From Paramoeba atlantica (lineage: Eukaryota > Protista > Discosea): a stretch of DNA of 64,000 bases. A program made the position numbers and the translations under genes. Positions 30,932 through 40,669 of the stretch are shown one piece after another. A model generated the notes under the pieces. The model worked only from the letters and a program-made list of their open reading frames with translations. It ran no database searches and was not told where the DNA came from. The stretch covers positions 186,001 through 250,000 of the forward strand of contig CDRNVI010000044.1 of the NCBI GenBank assembly GCA_977017575.1, in the 5' to 3' direction. Within the stretch, counting starts at the first letter, position 1. Every line of letters starts with the position of its first letter.

Positions 30932-32584
30932 ATGAAATTATTGGCCATATCATGTGAGCCACATACAGCTCAGTGGATTGAAACAGAGACCAACGCGCTA
31001 TCCTGCGTAGCATGTCTCATTCCTCTTCGCAATGCGAATAAGAAAACGAACAAAGACGATCCGATATCGGCTGCCTGCTACGCTGATCGTTATGACGCCT
31101 TGTTTCTATGTCATCGGCATCCTCCTTGTATTAAGATTCATAAGTTTGCTCTATCAAGCTCAGATGATACGGAGTCAGCGAAGAGGGGCGACGGAGTATT
31201 CAACGAGAAAAAGCATTATTCCAAAGGGAAGACCAATATACTGACCTGTGCTACAACAGAGGTTGTGCTTTGCTTAGTTCTTTCACATGATCAGGAATTT
31301 GTACTTGGTGCTGGAGAGAAAGGTACAATTTTCTCGTGGCATGTGCAAACAGGAAATTTAATGCGTGCTATCATAGCCGCTCACCTTGGAAAAATAGCTT
31401 CCCTCAATATCTGTCCCCGAAATCAGTATATTGCATCCTCGGGAGGTGACGGAGTAATAAAGATTTGGTATCTAACTGATTTGATACGATTATCAGTGAC
31501 TATGAAATCCGATGCAAACAACGATGTATCGATATCAATGGAAAGAAGTACTTTGCCGATTCACGAATTTAAGAAACTTTCTTATCATCGAGCTCAGGTT
31601 CACAAGGTACTCTTTTTTCCTAGCACAAATTCACTGTTAGCCGCGGCATCGGCGGACTGCACGGTAACTGTAGCTGATTTATTATCTGGGAAATGTTTAC
31701 TCAGGGAAGGCTTTCATTCCCCTGTCACCCATCTTGAAATCAGCCAATGCGAAAAATACATTGCACTATTAACTTCAGATGGAAAAATCCACCTTTTGGA
31801 CATATTTTTCGACGAACTAAATGCTATTGAGCAGCAAGAAGATGCCAGAGAAGTTTCACCTTGGGAAAGAAGAAAACTCACTCTTGGAAGCTCTACGGAA
31901 AACCGGGAGCTGGAACCTTTAGTTGAAGATTCACTTTCATTGGTTTTTTCGCAAGCGCGTAAAAAGGAAAAACTCTGCAACACAACGGCTAATGCTCGAA
32001 GCGTGAATATAAACCCCGTTCTATCACGTGTTCAAAATTTACTGCTTCCACAGACTTCTGAAAAAGAAAATGAACGGATACTTCAGATTGCTTTCGACGA
32101 GAATTCCATTTACGCCACAACAAGTTGTGGTAGAATATTTACATGGAAAATCACTGGACGTTTAAAAAGTCAATCTTCAGTCAATTCAATTGGAGCGTGT
32201 AGTACCTCTCGTTTCGACGTGTTGCCCAATGTTATGCTTTCAATCACAGACGGAGCTCCTCATACTCATACGCCAAATGCCAACCAATTTCAGGTTGGTC
32301 ATCTGAAGAAGTATCCAGTGCAAGATCTTGACTCATATGTTATTCCAGCAAATCTTGTACCATCTGAAGCCGATGAAAAGGAGTATGTGTTGCCAAACAA
32401 AGATATTGTTTCGGAGAACAAGGAGTCGATTTTGCTAAACAGCAGTGCTGCTTCCCATTCCCAAAACGAAAAGTCTGAGCACATCACGTTCTTAGAAAAT
32501 ACGCTCAAGTTGTATCGCGAGGAGTGTTTTGAGTTAGTGGGAAAAGCAAAATTTTTGGAAAAGGCACTCGAGATTCGAAGGTAA
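30932..32584 (+). CDS. WD40-repeat protein, WDR18/IPI3-like
   Basis: WD repeats (GEKGTIFSWHV, AHLGKI...GGDGVIKIWYL, HRAQV...ASADCTVTVAD) and a C-terminal coiled coil; the orthology call is tentative. Confidence 0.75.
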   Translation: MKLLAISCEPHTAQWIETETNALSCVACLIPLRNANKKTNKDDPISAACYADRYDALFLCHRHPPCIKIHKFALSSSDDTESAKRGDGVFNEKKHYSKGKTNILTCATTEVVLCLVLSHDQEFVLGAGEKGTIFSWHVQTGNLMRAIIAAHLGKIASLNICPRNQYIASSGGDGVIKIWYLTDLIRLSVTMKSDANNDVSISMERSTLPIHEFKKLSYHRAQVHKVLFFPSTNSLLAAASADCTVTVADLLSGKCLLREGFHSPVTHLEISQCEKYIALLTSDGKIHLLDIFFDELNAIEQQEDAREVSPWERRKLTLGSSTENRELEPLVEDSLSLVFSQARKKEKLCNTTANARSVNINPVLSRVQNLLLPQTSEKENERILQIAFDENSIYATTSCGRIFTWKITGRLKSQSSVNSIGACSTSRFDVLPNVMLSITDGAPHTHTPNANQFQVGHLKKYPVQDLDSYVIPANLVPSEADEKEYVLPNKDIVSENKESILLNSSAASHSQNEKSEHITFLENTLKLYREECFELVGKAKFLEKALEIRR

Positions 32585-32793
32585 CGCATAGGTCGGTAGA
32601 TCTCGGATGTAAATGTATTCAATGTCTCGCTCTTAATCGGCTCTGTAAAATTTTCTCTGAAATCACTTTTTTGTGACAATTTTTATTACACAGGGGGGTC
32701 ATATTTCGCGTACATGTACATCTACATGCGTTTATGCTTTGTTCACAGCAGCATATGACCTTGTTAACATCACATTTTTTATGTTTTCAGGAA

Positions 32794-35670
32794 ATGCAGG
32801 ATGACGATTTTATAACCTGGGGAAACGTCCGTAGCTTGACTTCCATTATTTCAACAAAAAAAGAGAACACCGAAATCGCTGACCTCGAAATAACGAAGGA
32901 AGAGGCAGATACTCCGCACAGTAATGAGAAGATTGCATCACGTGTTCAAGATATAGAAACAGCTCCTCTTCCATCTCACGACGATTCTATGAAGGAATTG
33001 GAACCTGCATCTACCGAACAAGCCGTGTCCACCACTTTTGAAGAAATAGAAAACACACTGGACGGAGATGTTGATCTGGAGGACTGCGACACAACAAATC
33101 ACACTACTGAGGATACGCCGGAAGTCGATCTTGAAGTTGAAGACGAGATTGATGCAAATGCAAACGCCATACGAATCCCCACTTCTATGGTATCAACGAA
33201 GAGGATGCATGACTTAGGTCATAAGGACACGTCTGAAGCTTCAGAGAAGCTGCATTCCAGATATTCAAAGACGACGGAAATAAAAGGACATATTGATCGT
33301 AATGCAACATCTTCGCAAATTATGTCCTTGTCTGCACCAATACACTCAATGCAAATATCTGCCGTGGAATGGATGCACACACGTGAGAACTCTGATATCC
33401 CTGGAGGTATTCTCGCGGACCCGCATGGGATGGGAAAAATGAGAACCGTCATTGCACTATGCGCTGAAAGGACGTCAATGTCGCGTGATCACATCCGAGA
33501 CGGTAAAGTGGTATCCAGCTCTACTGTCATTATTACCTTACCCTGTCTTCTGGACCAATGGATCTATGAAATACAACGCTCGCTTTTCCCCAGGCCCCGA
33601 ATATTATGCCACGCAGGAGGGAAATCGGCTCTTTCCAAGAAAAATGTTTTCGAAATCGCTGGCGGGTACGACTTCATAGTGACAACATACACCGCATTAC
33701 ACAAAGACGTGAAGCGAAGCCAATGGGAAGCGAACGATGACCTTTCCAGTAGGTCGCAGTTTCTCTCCATCTTCTGGAATCGTATTATTTTAGATGAGTT
33801 TCATGCCGTTCATACGTTAGACCGGGAGTGGAAAGAGGATATTCTTCTACTCGAAGCGAAGTACCGATGGATCGTGAGTGCCAGACCGCTTTTATCCACT
33901 CTCTTGGTACCAAATTTGCTCCTTCTTCGTTTCTTGCGTCATCCGGTAACTGTGCTCTTTGACGCACCACCAGAGGGAGATCTTGAATGGTCACCCGATA
34001 CGATATCGCTGTTTATGACGAGCATGGAGGAAGTCACCCTGCGTAGAACGGAATGCTTGGCGACAGATGAACCAGTGGTGCCACAACTTGAGAAACCATC
34101 CATTACCTATACGTCGGTAGCGTTACCCATGGAAGAGACCCAAAAGCACTTTTATACATGTGTGCGAAATACTGGTGCGGCGAAACTGCGTTTGAGGCAA
34201 CGTACACTTCAACAAATGGATGCAAATGAGCACGGGGAATTTTCCATGGCAAGAGAAAAGTTACTATTTGATGCGATGTTACGAGCGCATGTATTTGAAA
34301 TGGTCATGAGACTGCGTCAATCTACTGTACATCCATGTTTAGCAGTATCATCCCTATTGCAAAAAAGGAGAAAGTTGCTAGGAGATGTGTCGAGAGCTGA
34401 GCAACTTCAAGAAGCGGAAACTCATAGACAACGACAGGACGAAGCAGTGATGGAAAATTTTCTGCGAAAACTTGGTGTGGCCCACTCGGGAAAGGGGAGA
34501 GGAAGCAAAGGTAAGAAAGGTCATTCAAAAGAGTTCATCAAGAACGTTGTCCAAAACTTGAAAATTGAAGCTGAGGAAAACAGCGAGGGATCCGCGGAGT
34601 GCGGTATTTGCTTTGAGGAGTACAGAAATGAACGCGGTATGCTTCTTCCGTGTGGTCATCGAATGTGCTCTGCCTGCTGCCGCCAAGTTTTAAACCGACA
34701 CGATTCGAAATGTCCGTTTTGCAAGGGTCGAACCGGATATTCAGAGGCCGTTGCGATTCCTCAAAATTTCGGGTTGACACAGAGTTCGCCTACTGAGGAG
34801 CCAAGCAGCGCTTGTAATGGTCCTACTATTGCCAATTTAGACCTGGATGCATCATGGATATGTAGCTCAAAGACCGATCGAGTGGTGGACGACATTCTAC
34901 AGCTCCGAGGCTCAACGGAAAAATCGTTGGTTCGCTTTGTTGTTCTGACAGAATTTGTCCCTTACGTTTCAATTCTTGCAGATGCCTTTGCTAAGAAAAA
35001 TATACCCACACTGATTTTACCTTCTTCGGTGCGTCGTAGAATGCATGTGCGAAACTTAATACACGGAAAAGTTATTGATCGCAGAGTACGATCGTTGGCA
35101 ACACCCGGCACAGGTGAAGGAAAAACTGTTTCTGATCGACCATCCAAAGCAAAGCGGAGGCGGACTTCGAAACAATCACAGGAACAAGATGAAACGTGTC
35201 CTCTAGCTGTGACTGATGTTTTGGAGCCGCTGATAGGTCCTCCCGTTGTGATTGGTTGCCACGAGGTATTTCGGTACGGGCTATCACTTTCCTTTGCGGA
35301 CCATATTTTTTTCATGGAGCCCTCCGCTAGCGGACCGCTCTCTGAGTACCGCGTTCTCACAAGAGCTTGTCATGTCGGACGTACAAGACCTCTAGCCGTG
35401 ACACGGTATGTGGCGGAAGATTCTATAGAGAGCGACATTCTGAATCTCTCATATCCTCAAGAAATGAAGGGGGCCTCGGGTTGTGTTAACATCTCACACC
35501 TGATACATCAGTGGCAACATACACAGAACATGCTAGAGAACGATTCTGCAGAAGGTACACGGCAGAAAGAACCGGGTTCGACCAATAAGTCTATGTCTTT
35601 TGTGAACTTATCGCAACACTGTTTGGACGGAAGTTTTGAAGAACTTTGTGGCATGTTTGGTGTCAACTAG
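32794..35670 (+). CDS. Rad5/Rad16-type SNF2 protein with an internal C3HC4 RING; ATPase motifs degenerate
   Basis: GGILADPHGMGKM, WNRIILDEFH, RING CGIC...CGHRMCSAC...CPFC, and HELICc-like C-terminus; TTTTCAG acceptor-like site at 32784-32790 directly before the ATG. Confidence 0.85.
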   Translation: MQDDDFITWGNVRSLTSIISTKKENTEIADLEITKEEADTPHSNEKIASRVQDIETAPLPSHDDSMKELEPASTEQAVSTTFEEIENTLDGDVDLEDCDTTNHTTEDTPEVDLEVEDEIDANANAIRIPTSMVSTKRMHDLGHKDTSEASEKLHSRYSKTTEIKGHIDRNATSSQIMSLSAPIHSMQISAVEWMHTRENSDIPGGILADPHGMGKMRTVIALCAERTSMSRDHIRDGKVVSSSTVIITLPCLLDQWIYEIQRSLFPRPRILCHAGGKSALSKKNVFEIAGGYDFIVTTYTALHKDVKRSQWEANDDLSSRSQFLSIFWNRIILDEFHAVHTLDREWKEDILLLEAKYRWIVSARPLLSTLLVPNLLLLRFLRHPVTVLFDAPPEGDLEWSPDTISLFMTSMEEVTLRRTECLATDEPVVPQLEKPSITYTSVALPMEETQKHFYTCVRNTGAAKLRLRQRTLQQMDANEHGEFSMAREKLLFDAMLRAHVFEMVMRLRQSTVHPCLAVSSLLQKRRKLLGDVSRAEQLQEAETHRQRQDEAVMENFLRKLGVAHSGKGRGSKGKKGHSKEFIKNVVQNLKIEAEENSEGSAECGICFEEYRNERGMLLPCGHRMCSACCRQVLNRHDSKCPFCKGRTGYSEAVAIPQNFGLTQSSPTEEPSSACNGPTIANLDLDASWICSSKTDRVVDDILQLRGSTEKSLVRFVVLTEFVPYVSILADAFAKKNIPTLILPSSVRRRMHVRNLIHGKVIDRRVRSLATPGTGEGKTVSDRPSKAKRRRTSKQSQEQDETCPLAVTDVLEPLIGPPVVIGCHEVFRYGLSLSFADHIFFMEPSASGPLSEYRVLTRACHVGRTRPLAVTRYVAEDSIESDILNLSYPQEMKGASGCVNISHLIHQWQHTQNMLENDSAEGTRQKEPGSTNKSMSFVNLSQHCLDGSFEELCGMFGVN

Positions 35671-35731
35671 TCACTATGGGTGTGGGTATCTGCAGGGAGG
35701 CACGTGATCTCCAGTTATAGTTGCAGTATGT

Positions 35732-35843
35732 CCTTATGTGAACAGATGAACACGGTACTATTAGTAAAGAAGAGTCTGTTGTGCACACCTTATGTGAACA
35801 GATGAACATGATACTATTAGCAAAGAATAGTCTGTTGAGCACA
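35732..35843. repeat. 56-bp tandem duplication, each unit able to form a hairpin
   Basis: Units start at 35732 and 35788; TGTG-AACAGA...TCTGTT...CACA pairing occurs in both. Confidence 0.85.
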
Positions 35844-36115
35844 CTGTGCCCGGCACAGCACCTCGTGCCAATCTCGTGTTCTCGTGAGTCTCTTAGTTTG
35901 AATGACTTTAGATGGATTCATTTACTTTGTTTGAAATTTAGTTCTAAAAATGTGTTCATTGTGGACAATTTTTATTAAGTTTAAGCCATCTATTTCTTCG
36001 TCACCATTTTAATATCTTTGTTAACGAATAAAACCTAATCAACAATAAAAAGTTACTAAACAAGCCATGCTCAATCATATGCGAATCTTGTCTGGCTGAT
36101 CAAATTTTTAATAAA

Positions 36116-37039
36116 ATGCAAGTCTCTGCACGATTTAACCGACAAAAATGCACTCGATCGGTCTGTTCGTCATCGCACATCCATCCATTTCTAAAGGCAT
36201 ACTTACTGCGAAGAAATAGTCCTCATCATGGTCCTTATGTATTGTGTGTGCGTCGATGGAGCTCCAATGTAGAGTCTGCAGCAGCATCCAAGTCCAAGAC
36301 AAAGCGTTCATTAGGCAAAGCCGCCCAAGTACCTGTAGCGAAAGAAGCAGTTACAGATCAGGCAAAGGAGACAGTCGGAAAATCTCGACAGCTCAGGTTC
36401 ACGCGTCCTTCGACTTTCAATTACGATGAACAGCGGACGAATACATCTGCTTTTCTTTCCGGTCTGGCTTCTGTCGCGATTCTTTCCCTAGGGCTTACAT
36501 TTTTATTCGTTCCGCTGTATAGGATCTACTGTAGTGAGGGCGGGCATGGGTTCGATGCTCGATTTTTTTCAAGTGGAGTACAAAGCGAGGAAGATGAAGA
36601 GAATGATTCTAATTCAAAGCTCACGGCCATTGATAAACCACCAGAACGAAAGAAAATTCTCAAAGTTTTTTTCCAAGGAGATGCTGGCCTTTCAATGCCA
36701 ATTGCGTTTGTCCCGCTGCAAAAGACAATGAACGTTCTAGTAGGCGAACCTTGTTTGGCTTTCTTCGCCGCCTATAACAAGACAAATCGCACATTACATG
36801 GAATCTCCACGTATAATATTTCGCCGCCTGAGGTTACTAGCTACTTGAACAAGATCCAATGCTTCTGTTTCGAGGAACAGCGTTTCAAACCACATGAACT
36901 CGTAGAAATGCCTGTTTTCTTTTATATTCACAAGGATTTTCTTCGTGATCCTCTAATGAACAACGTCGAGAATCTTATTCTGACTTATACTTTCTTCAAT
37001 TTGAAGCGAACACGGGAGATTATAGCCACAGAATTTTGA
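36116..37039 (+). CDS. COX11: Cytochrome c oxidase copper chaperone COX11/CtaG
   Basis: FVPLYRIYC TM segment, KIQCFCFEEQ copper motif, and EMPVFFYI. Confidence 0.95.
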   Translation: MQVSARFNRQKCTRSVCSSSHIHPFLKAYLLRRNSPHHGPYVLCVRRWSSNVESAAASKSKTKRSLGKAAQVPVAKEAVTDQAKETVGKSRQLRFTRPSTFNYDEQRTNTSAFLSGLASVAILSLGLTFLFVPLYRIYCSEGGHGFDARFFSSGVQSEEDEENDSNSKLTAIDKPPERKKILKVFFQGDAGLSMPIAFVPLQKTMNVLVGEPCLAFFAAYNKTNRTLHGISTYNISPPEVTSYLNKIQCFCFEEQRFKPHELVEMPVFFYIHKDFLRDPLMNNVENLILTYTFFNLKRTREIIATEF

Positions 37040-37642
37040 AACACAAAATTTGTTTTTGTTTGGCTCGCTCGCATGACACTGAGGAGAGCCATCCAGAAGG
37101 GCAATTCCGCTGTGAGCCTGTAGGCGATGCACTACTGGGGAGGGGGCATACGTCGCGAATGTTTTTTAATTTTTTTCGCTTTTCAAAATCGGGCGCAGCG
37201 AAGTGGTAGAGTATGCCGCGGCGATAATTTTCCACCCCCCACCTGGGGGTGATCCCCCCTGGTACGCACAGGAGGGATCCGAAAAGGTCAAAATTTCCGA
37301 AATTTTTGGGACCACCCAAAAAAAAAGTTTTTGACCAAAAAAAAGTAAAAATAATATATTTTCCAAAATCGACTCCTCAAACATATGAGGGGCTGCGGGT
37401 GAGGCCCAATATGAGATCATACGAGATCACGCGAGATGATATCCACAGCCACTCATATTTTTGAGAGTTTGGGATCTCAGTTCCCATTCTATGGCGTTTT
37501 TTCCGTCGGATTCGCCTCCGACCCCTACTGGTGTGGCTTCAAAAACGGCCCAAATTCGGGGTAAAATTTCGCATCTTTGGCCTAAAAATCGAGTATTTTC
37601 TCCCCAAAAGAATAGTTTATTCATGATCTTTTCACGATATTT

Positions 37643-37747
37643 TTTTAGTCGCTTCGTTAAACGCGGAGATAGTTTTCAACGGGAAGCGCGCAGCATGAGT
37701 GCCTTCTGAGTTGAAAACATCCACCGCGTTTAACGAAGCGACTAAAA
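37643..37747. repeat. 105-bp foldback with 24-bp perfect arms (MITE-like)
   Basis: TTTTAGTCGCTTCGTTAAACGCGG (37643-37666) / CCGCGTTTAACGAAGCGACTAAAA (37724-37747), plus inner GTTTTCAAC/GTTGAAAAC. Confidence 0.9.
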
Positions 37748-37818
37748 GAAGAATTCATTATACCGTACACTTGTCATAGTAAGTGTACAGTATAACCAAC
37801 TGTTCAACACAATTCGTT

Positions 37819-37890
37819 CATCCTGATGATTATCACATCCGTGTTTCAGCTGAACATACTATGATGACTTTTTTGATCATGGCTGATATT
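37819..37890 (+). ncRNA. Box C/D snoRNA, U18/snR18-like guide to LSU rRNA
   Basis: C box CTGATGA 37823, D' CTGA 37850, C' ATGATGA 37861, D CTGA 37883. TCCGTGTTTCA (37838-37848) just upstream of D' is antisense to the conserved LSU UGAAACACGGA. Confidence 0.8.
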
Positions 37891-38127
37891 CTTTTTTGTG
37901 GATTACAAAACATTCCCCCCGAATCTACAGGGTAGACTTTGGTGGCATAATTTCTAAGGGCATACGGTTTATGCGTTATTAAGAGTATACAAATGTTAGG
38001 CATACAAAGGGTATTAAGTGTATACTGTACGGACTCTTATCTAGTGGTCTGATAAAACACTTCTTCATAGTGAACGAAACCCTTCTAAGAGAGTTGCTTA
38101 TTGCATTCATCTTACCCGTTCTTGTAC

Positions 38128-38224
38128 AATTATGATGACACGTACACTGAACCTTAGGACACCTTCAGATACACACTGCAAGAGTGCACCATGATAAGTA
38201 AACAGCGTTATTATACTGATATTT
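38128..38224 (+). ncRNA. Box C/D snoRNA, copy 1
   Basis: C box ATGATGA 38132, D box CTGA 38216, D'-like CAGA 38166. CCTTAGGACACCT (38152-38164) is antisense to the conserved LSU AGGUGUCCUAAGG. Confidence 0.8.
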
Positions 38225-38628
38225 GTTGTCCTTTCCTTACCTTTAGAAGTTTTATTAAAGGTAAACCTTTTTACCTACATACCCCCAGTAACAGGGATTT
38301 GATTCGGGAGACATGAGCGGGCGGGGGTGGCTGGACGGGTGAGGGTTGCTGGGCGGGGTGAGTGTGGTTGGGCGACCCCCCGGTAGAAAAAAGATATTTT
38401 CAGAAACAACCACATAAAACGAGAAGAAAACTGCGTGCGGCGCATTTTCCTAATTTTTGAATTTTACTTACAGTCGCATAGTCAAAGCGAATGTCCAAGT
38501 CAGGAGTCAGATTGTGCACCCGTAAGATCATTCGCCCAAATAATTATATGGTCACTTTGGCCCGAAACTGATTCTACATGCTTTACTGGGGGTATACGGT
38601 ATTACATTCGTCATTCCTATTTTCCTTC

Positions 38629-38725
38629 AACTATGATGACACATACACTGAACCTTAGGACACCTTCAGATACACACTGCAAGAGTGCACCATGATAAGT
38701 AAACAGCGTTATTATACTGATATTT
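38629..38725 (+). ncRNA. Box C/D snoRNA, copy 2
   Basis: 93/94 nt identical to 38131-38224 at an offset of 501 bp; the flanks are unrelated. Confidence 0.8.
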
Positions 38726-38996
38726 TGGTTGTTCCACTTAGTAAAAAAGTGTTTATCTGATTGTATTTCGTCAAGCTATCGGCCCGGATTTCTGACAAAC
38801 GAAGCATAAACAACGGGAACTGGTAAGTGAAGTAAAAACAGGGGGGTTACAGTAAGCCAAAGTCTCCTTTATTAAACGGTGTACTTTTGGTCCATAGGTG
38901 CTGTGAAGAACACACCGAATAAACCCCAAGCAAAGCTTTACTCATACAGATTTAACTTTTACTCTACATATTTTATAATACTTGTATATTGTCTCC

Positions 38997-40037
38997 ATGG
39001 GAAAGCGAATTCGGGGAGAACGCATGGTAAAACCCTCGTCCCATACTCCGCACGACACCATACCCATACCGCATCACAAGGACTCCTCCTCCTCCTGCCC
39101 CACACAACTCGAAAATGATTCCAACCTCCTCAATCTTACCTCCTCGAACAGCGGCGCCACTCCTCAACACTCCCACACCTCCGAAACGTCATCCAACGCG
39201 GCAATTTCCCTTTCCGACCTCCCTCCACCCTCCCATCCGGAATCTTCCTCCTCCTCCCCCTTCCTTACCCTCAACGTCGGCGGCACCTGCTACCGTACCA
39301 CAACCCTTACGCTCCAAAAAGAACCCGGCAGCCTACTCGCCCTCGCGTTCCGCAACCCCGACGCCTTCCTCCCCACCGACCCGAACGGTCACTACTTTAT
39401 TGACCGCGACGGGAGGGCGTTTCGTCACGTGCTTAACTATTTAAGGGGCTACCCCGTGGTGGTGCCCCCGGAGGAGCTCGCCCTGCTCTCCTGTGATGTG
39501 CACTACTACGGACTGGAGAGTATGAAACCGCTGCTCGGGTTACACCCGGTCGAGGAGTGGACCTTCGTACCCGGCCCCGGGGTGGAGGAATCCAAGAAAA
39601 GAGTGAGGTCAAGTTACATGGTGAGCTTGTGTGGGGAGGGGTGGATGAGAGAGGGAGCGCACACGCAGGAGTTTCATGTGGAACGAGCGGACTATGTCGG
39701 GATTGGGGTGGTGTCGCGGTTGTTTGTGGATCAAGGTACGGAGTTTCACCAGCTGTCGCAGTGTGCAGTGTACTACATGAGTGGGGTGTTGTATGCGAAT
39801 TTTGAGAGCCATCGGAAAATCGAAACCGCGGAGTCGTTTACGGATGGGGATCACATCACTGTTTCGGTGAACTATCAGGATGGCTGTGTGACGTGGCTTC
39901 GAAATGAGGAAACGATTCACACAGCAAGTATGGGCGAAGGCAATAAGTATCCGGAATTAAAATTTGCCGTGGTTCTTAAAAGGGCTTCCGTGGTGCACCT
40001 CGTTCCGATGACAACGGCGTCTAGTACGGAGTCTTAA
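38997..40037 (+). CDS. BTB/POZ (KCTD/T1-type) protein with a SPRY-like C-terminal domain
   Basis: LTLNVGGTCYRTTTLTL...YFIDRDGRAFRHVLNYLR; C-terminal GIGVV...DGDHITVSVNYQDGCVTW. Confidence 0.88.
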   Translation: MGKRIRGERMVKPSSHTPHDTIPIPHHKDSSSSCPTQLENDSNLLNLTSSNSGATPQHSHTSETSSNAAISLSDLPPPSHPESSSSSPFLTLNVGGTCYRTTTLTLQKEPGSLLALAFRNPDAFLPTDPNGHYFIDRDGRAFRHVLNYLRGYPVVVPPEELALLSCDVHYYGLESMKPLLGLHPVEEWTFVPGPGVEESKKRVRSSYMVSLCGEGWMREGAHTQEFHVERADYVGIGVVSRLFVDQGTEFHQLSQCAVYYMSGVLYANFESHRKIETAESFTDGDHITVSVNYQDGCVTWLRNEETIHTASMGEGNKYPELKFAVVLKRASVVHLVPMTTASSTES

Positions 40038-40669
40038 AAAGAAAAAAATTACTGGATTAGCTTGATATACCAAGATTATAATTGAATCTAGTTGTTAAGA
40101 AGCTCACTAGTTTAGTGGAGCTTATTTTAAGCTGTCACTATCCATTCAAATGTTCAACAAAAGGGTTTGTCTTGGTGAGCGCAGTAGAGAGGATTTCTGT
40201 AGAGCTTTCAGCAGGACGAGACCGTAAGTGCGAGGTTTCACGTCCCCTGGAAGTACTATTCAAGTAGCAGAACTGGAAAGGAAACGGAGAAAGAAAATCC
40301 CGCTGTTTTATCGTGGAGCCAAAACAAACGTGGAGCGAATGATTCGATTATCCATTCAATAAGGTGGATAATTGATGAACTATAGCTATTCCCGGGAATC
40401 CTTTGCGGCGATAATGTTTCCTCAACCTCAAGTATGTCCAGAATATTTTCGGATCTTGCGTGAGAACATGATAAGATGCTTTCGCAACTACCTTCTACAC
40501 ACCAAAAATCTTTTCCAATCTGTATTTCACGTAGCCTGTAGAACACTTTGCTTTAACACATCTTATTGGGGGTCAGGTCAACTCTTCCTATTCTGGGGTA
40601 TATTATTGCGCGGTGTACGGTAAAACCTTACTTGTAGTTCTCTTATGTTTCGTCTTATTTTTCATTAGG

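Noticed and set aside
1291-37437. Inverted 50-bp modules as the TIRs of a single 36-kb element
   Set aside because: The interval holds ordinary single-copy housekeeping genes, similarity stops abruptly on both sides, and there is no TSD.
38131-38725. 94-bp direct repeats as LTRs or a CRISPR-like unit
   Set aside because: They carry C/D boxes and an rRNA-antisense guide, with no TG..CA ends, PBS or TSD.
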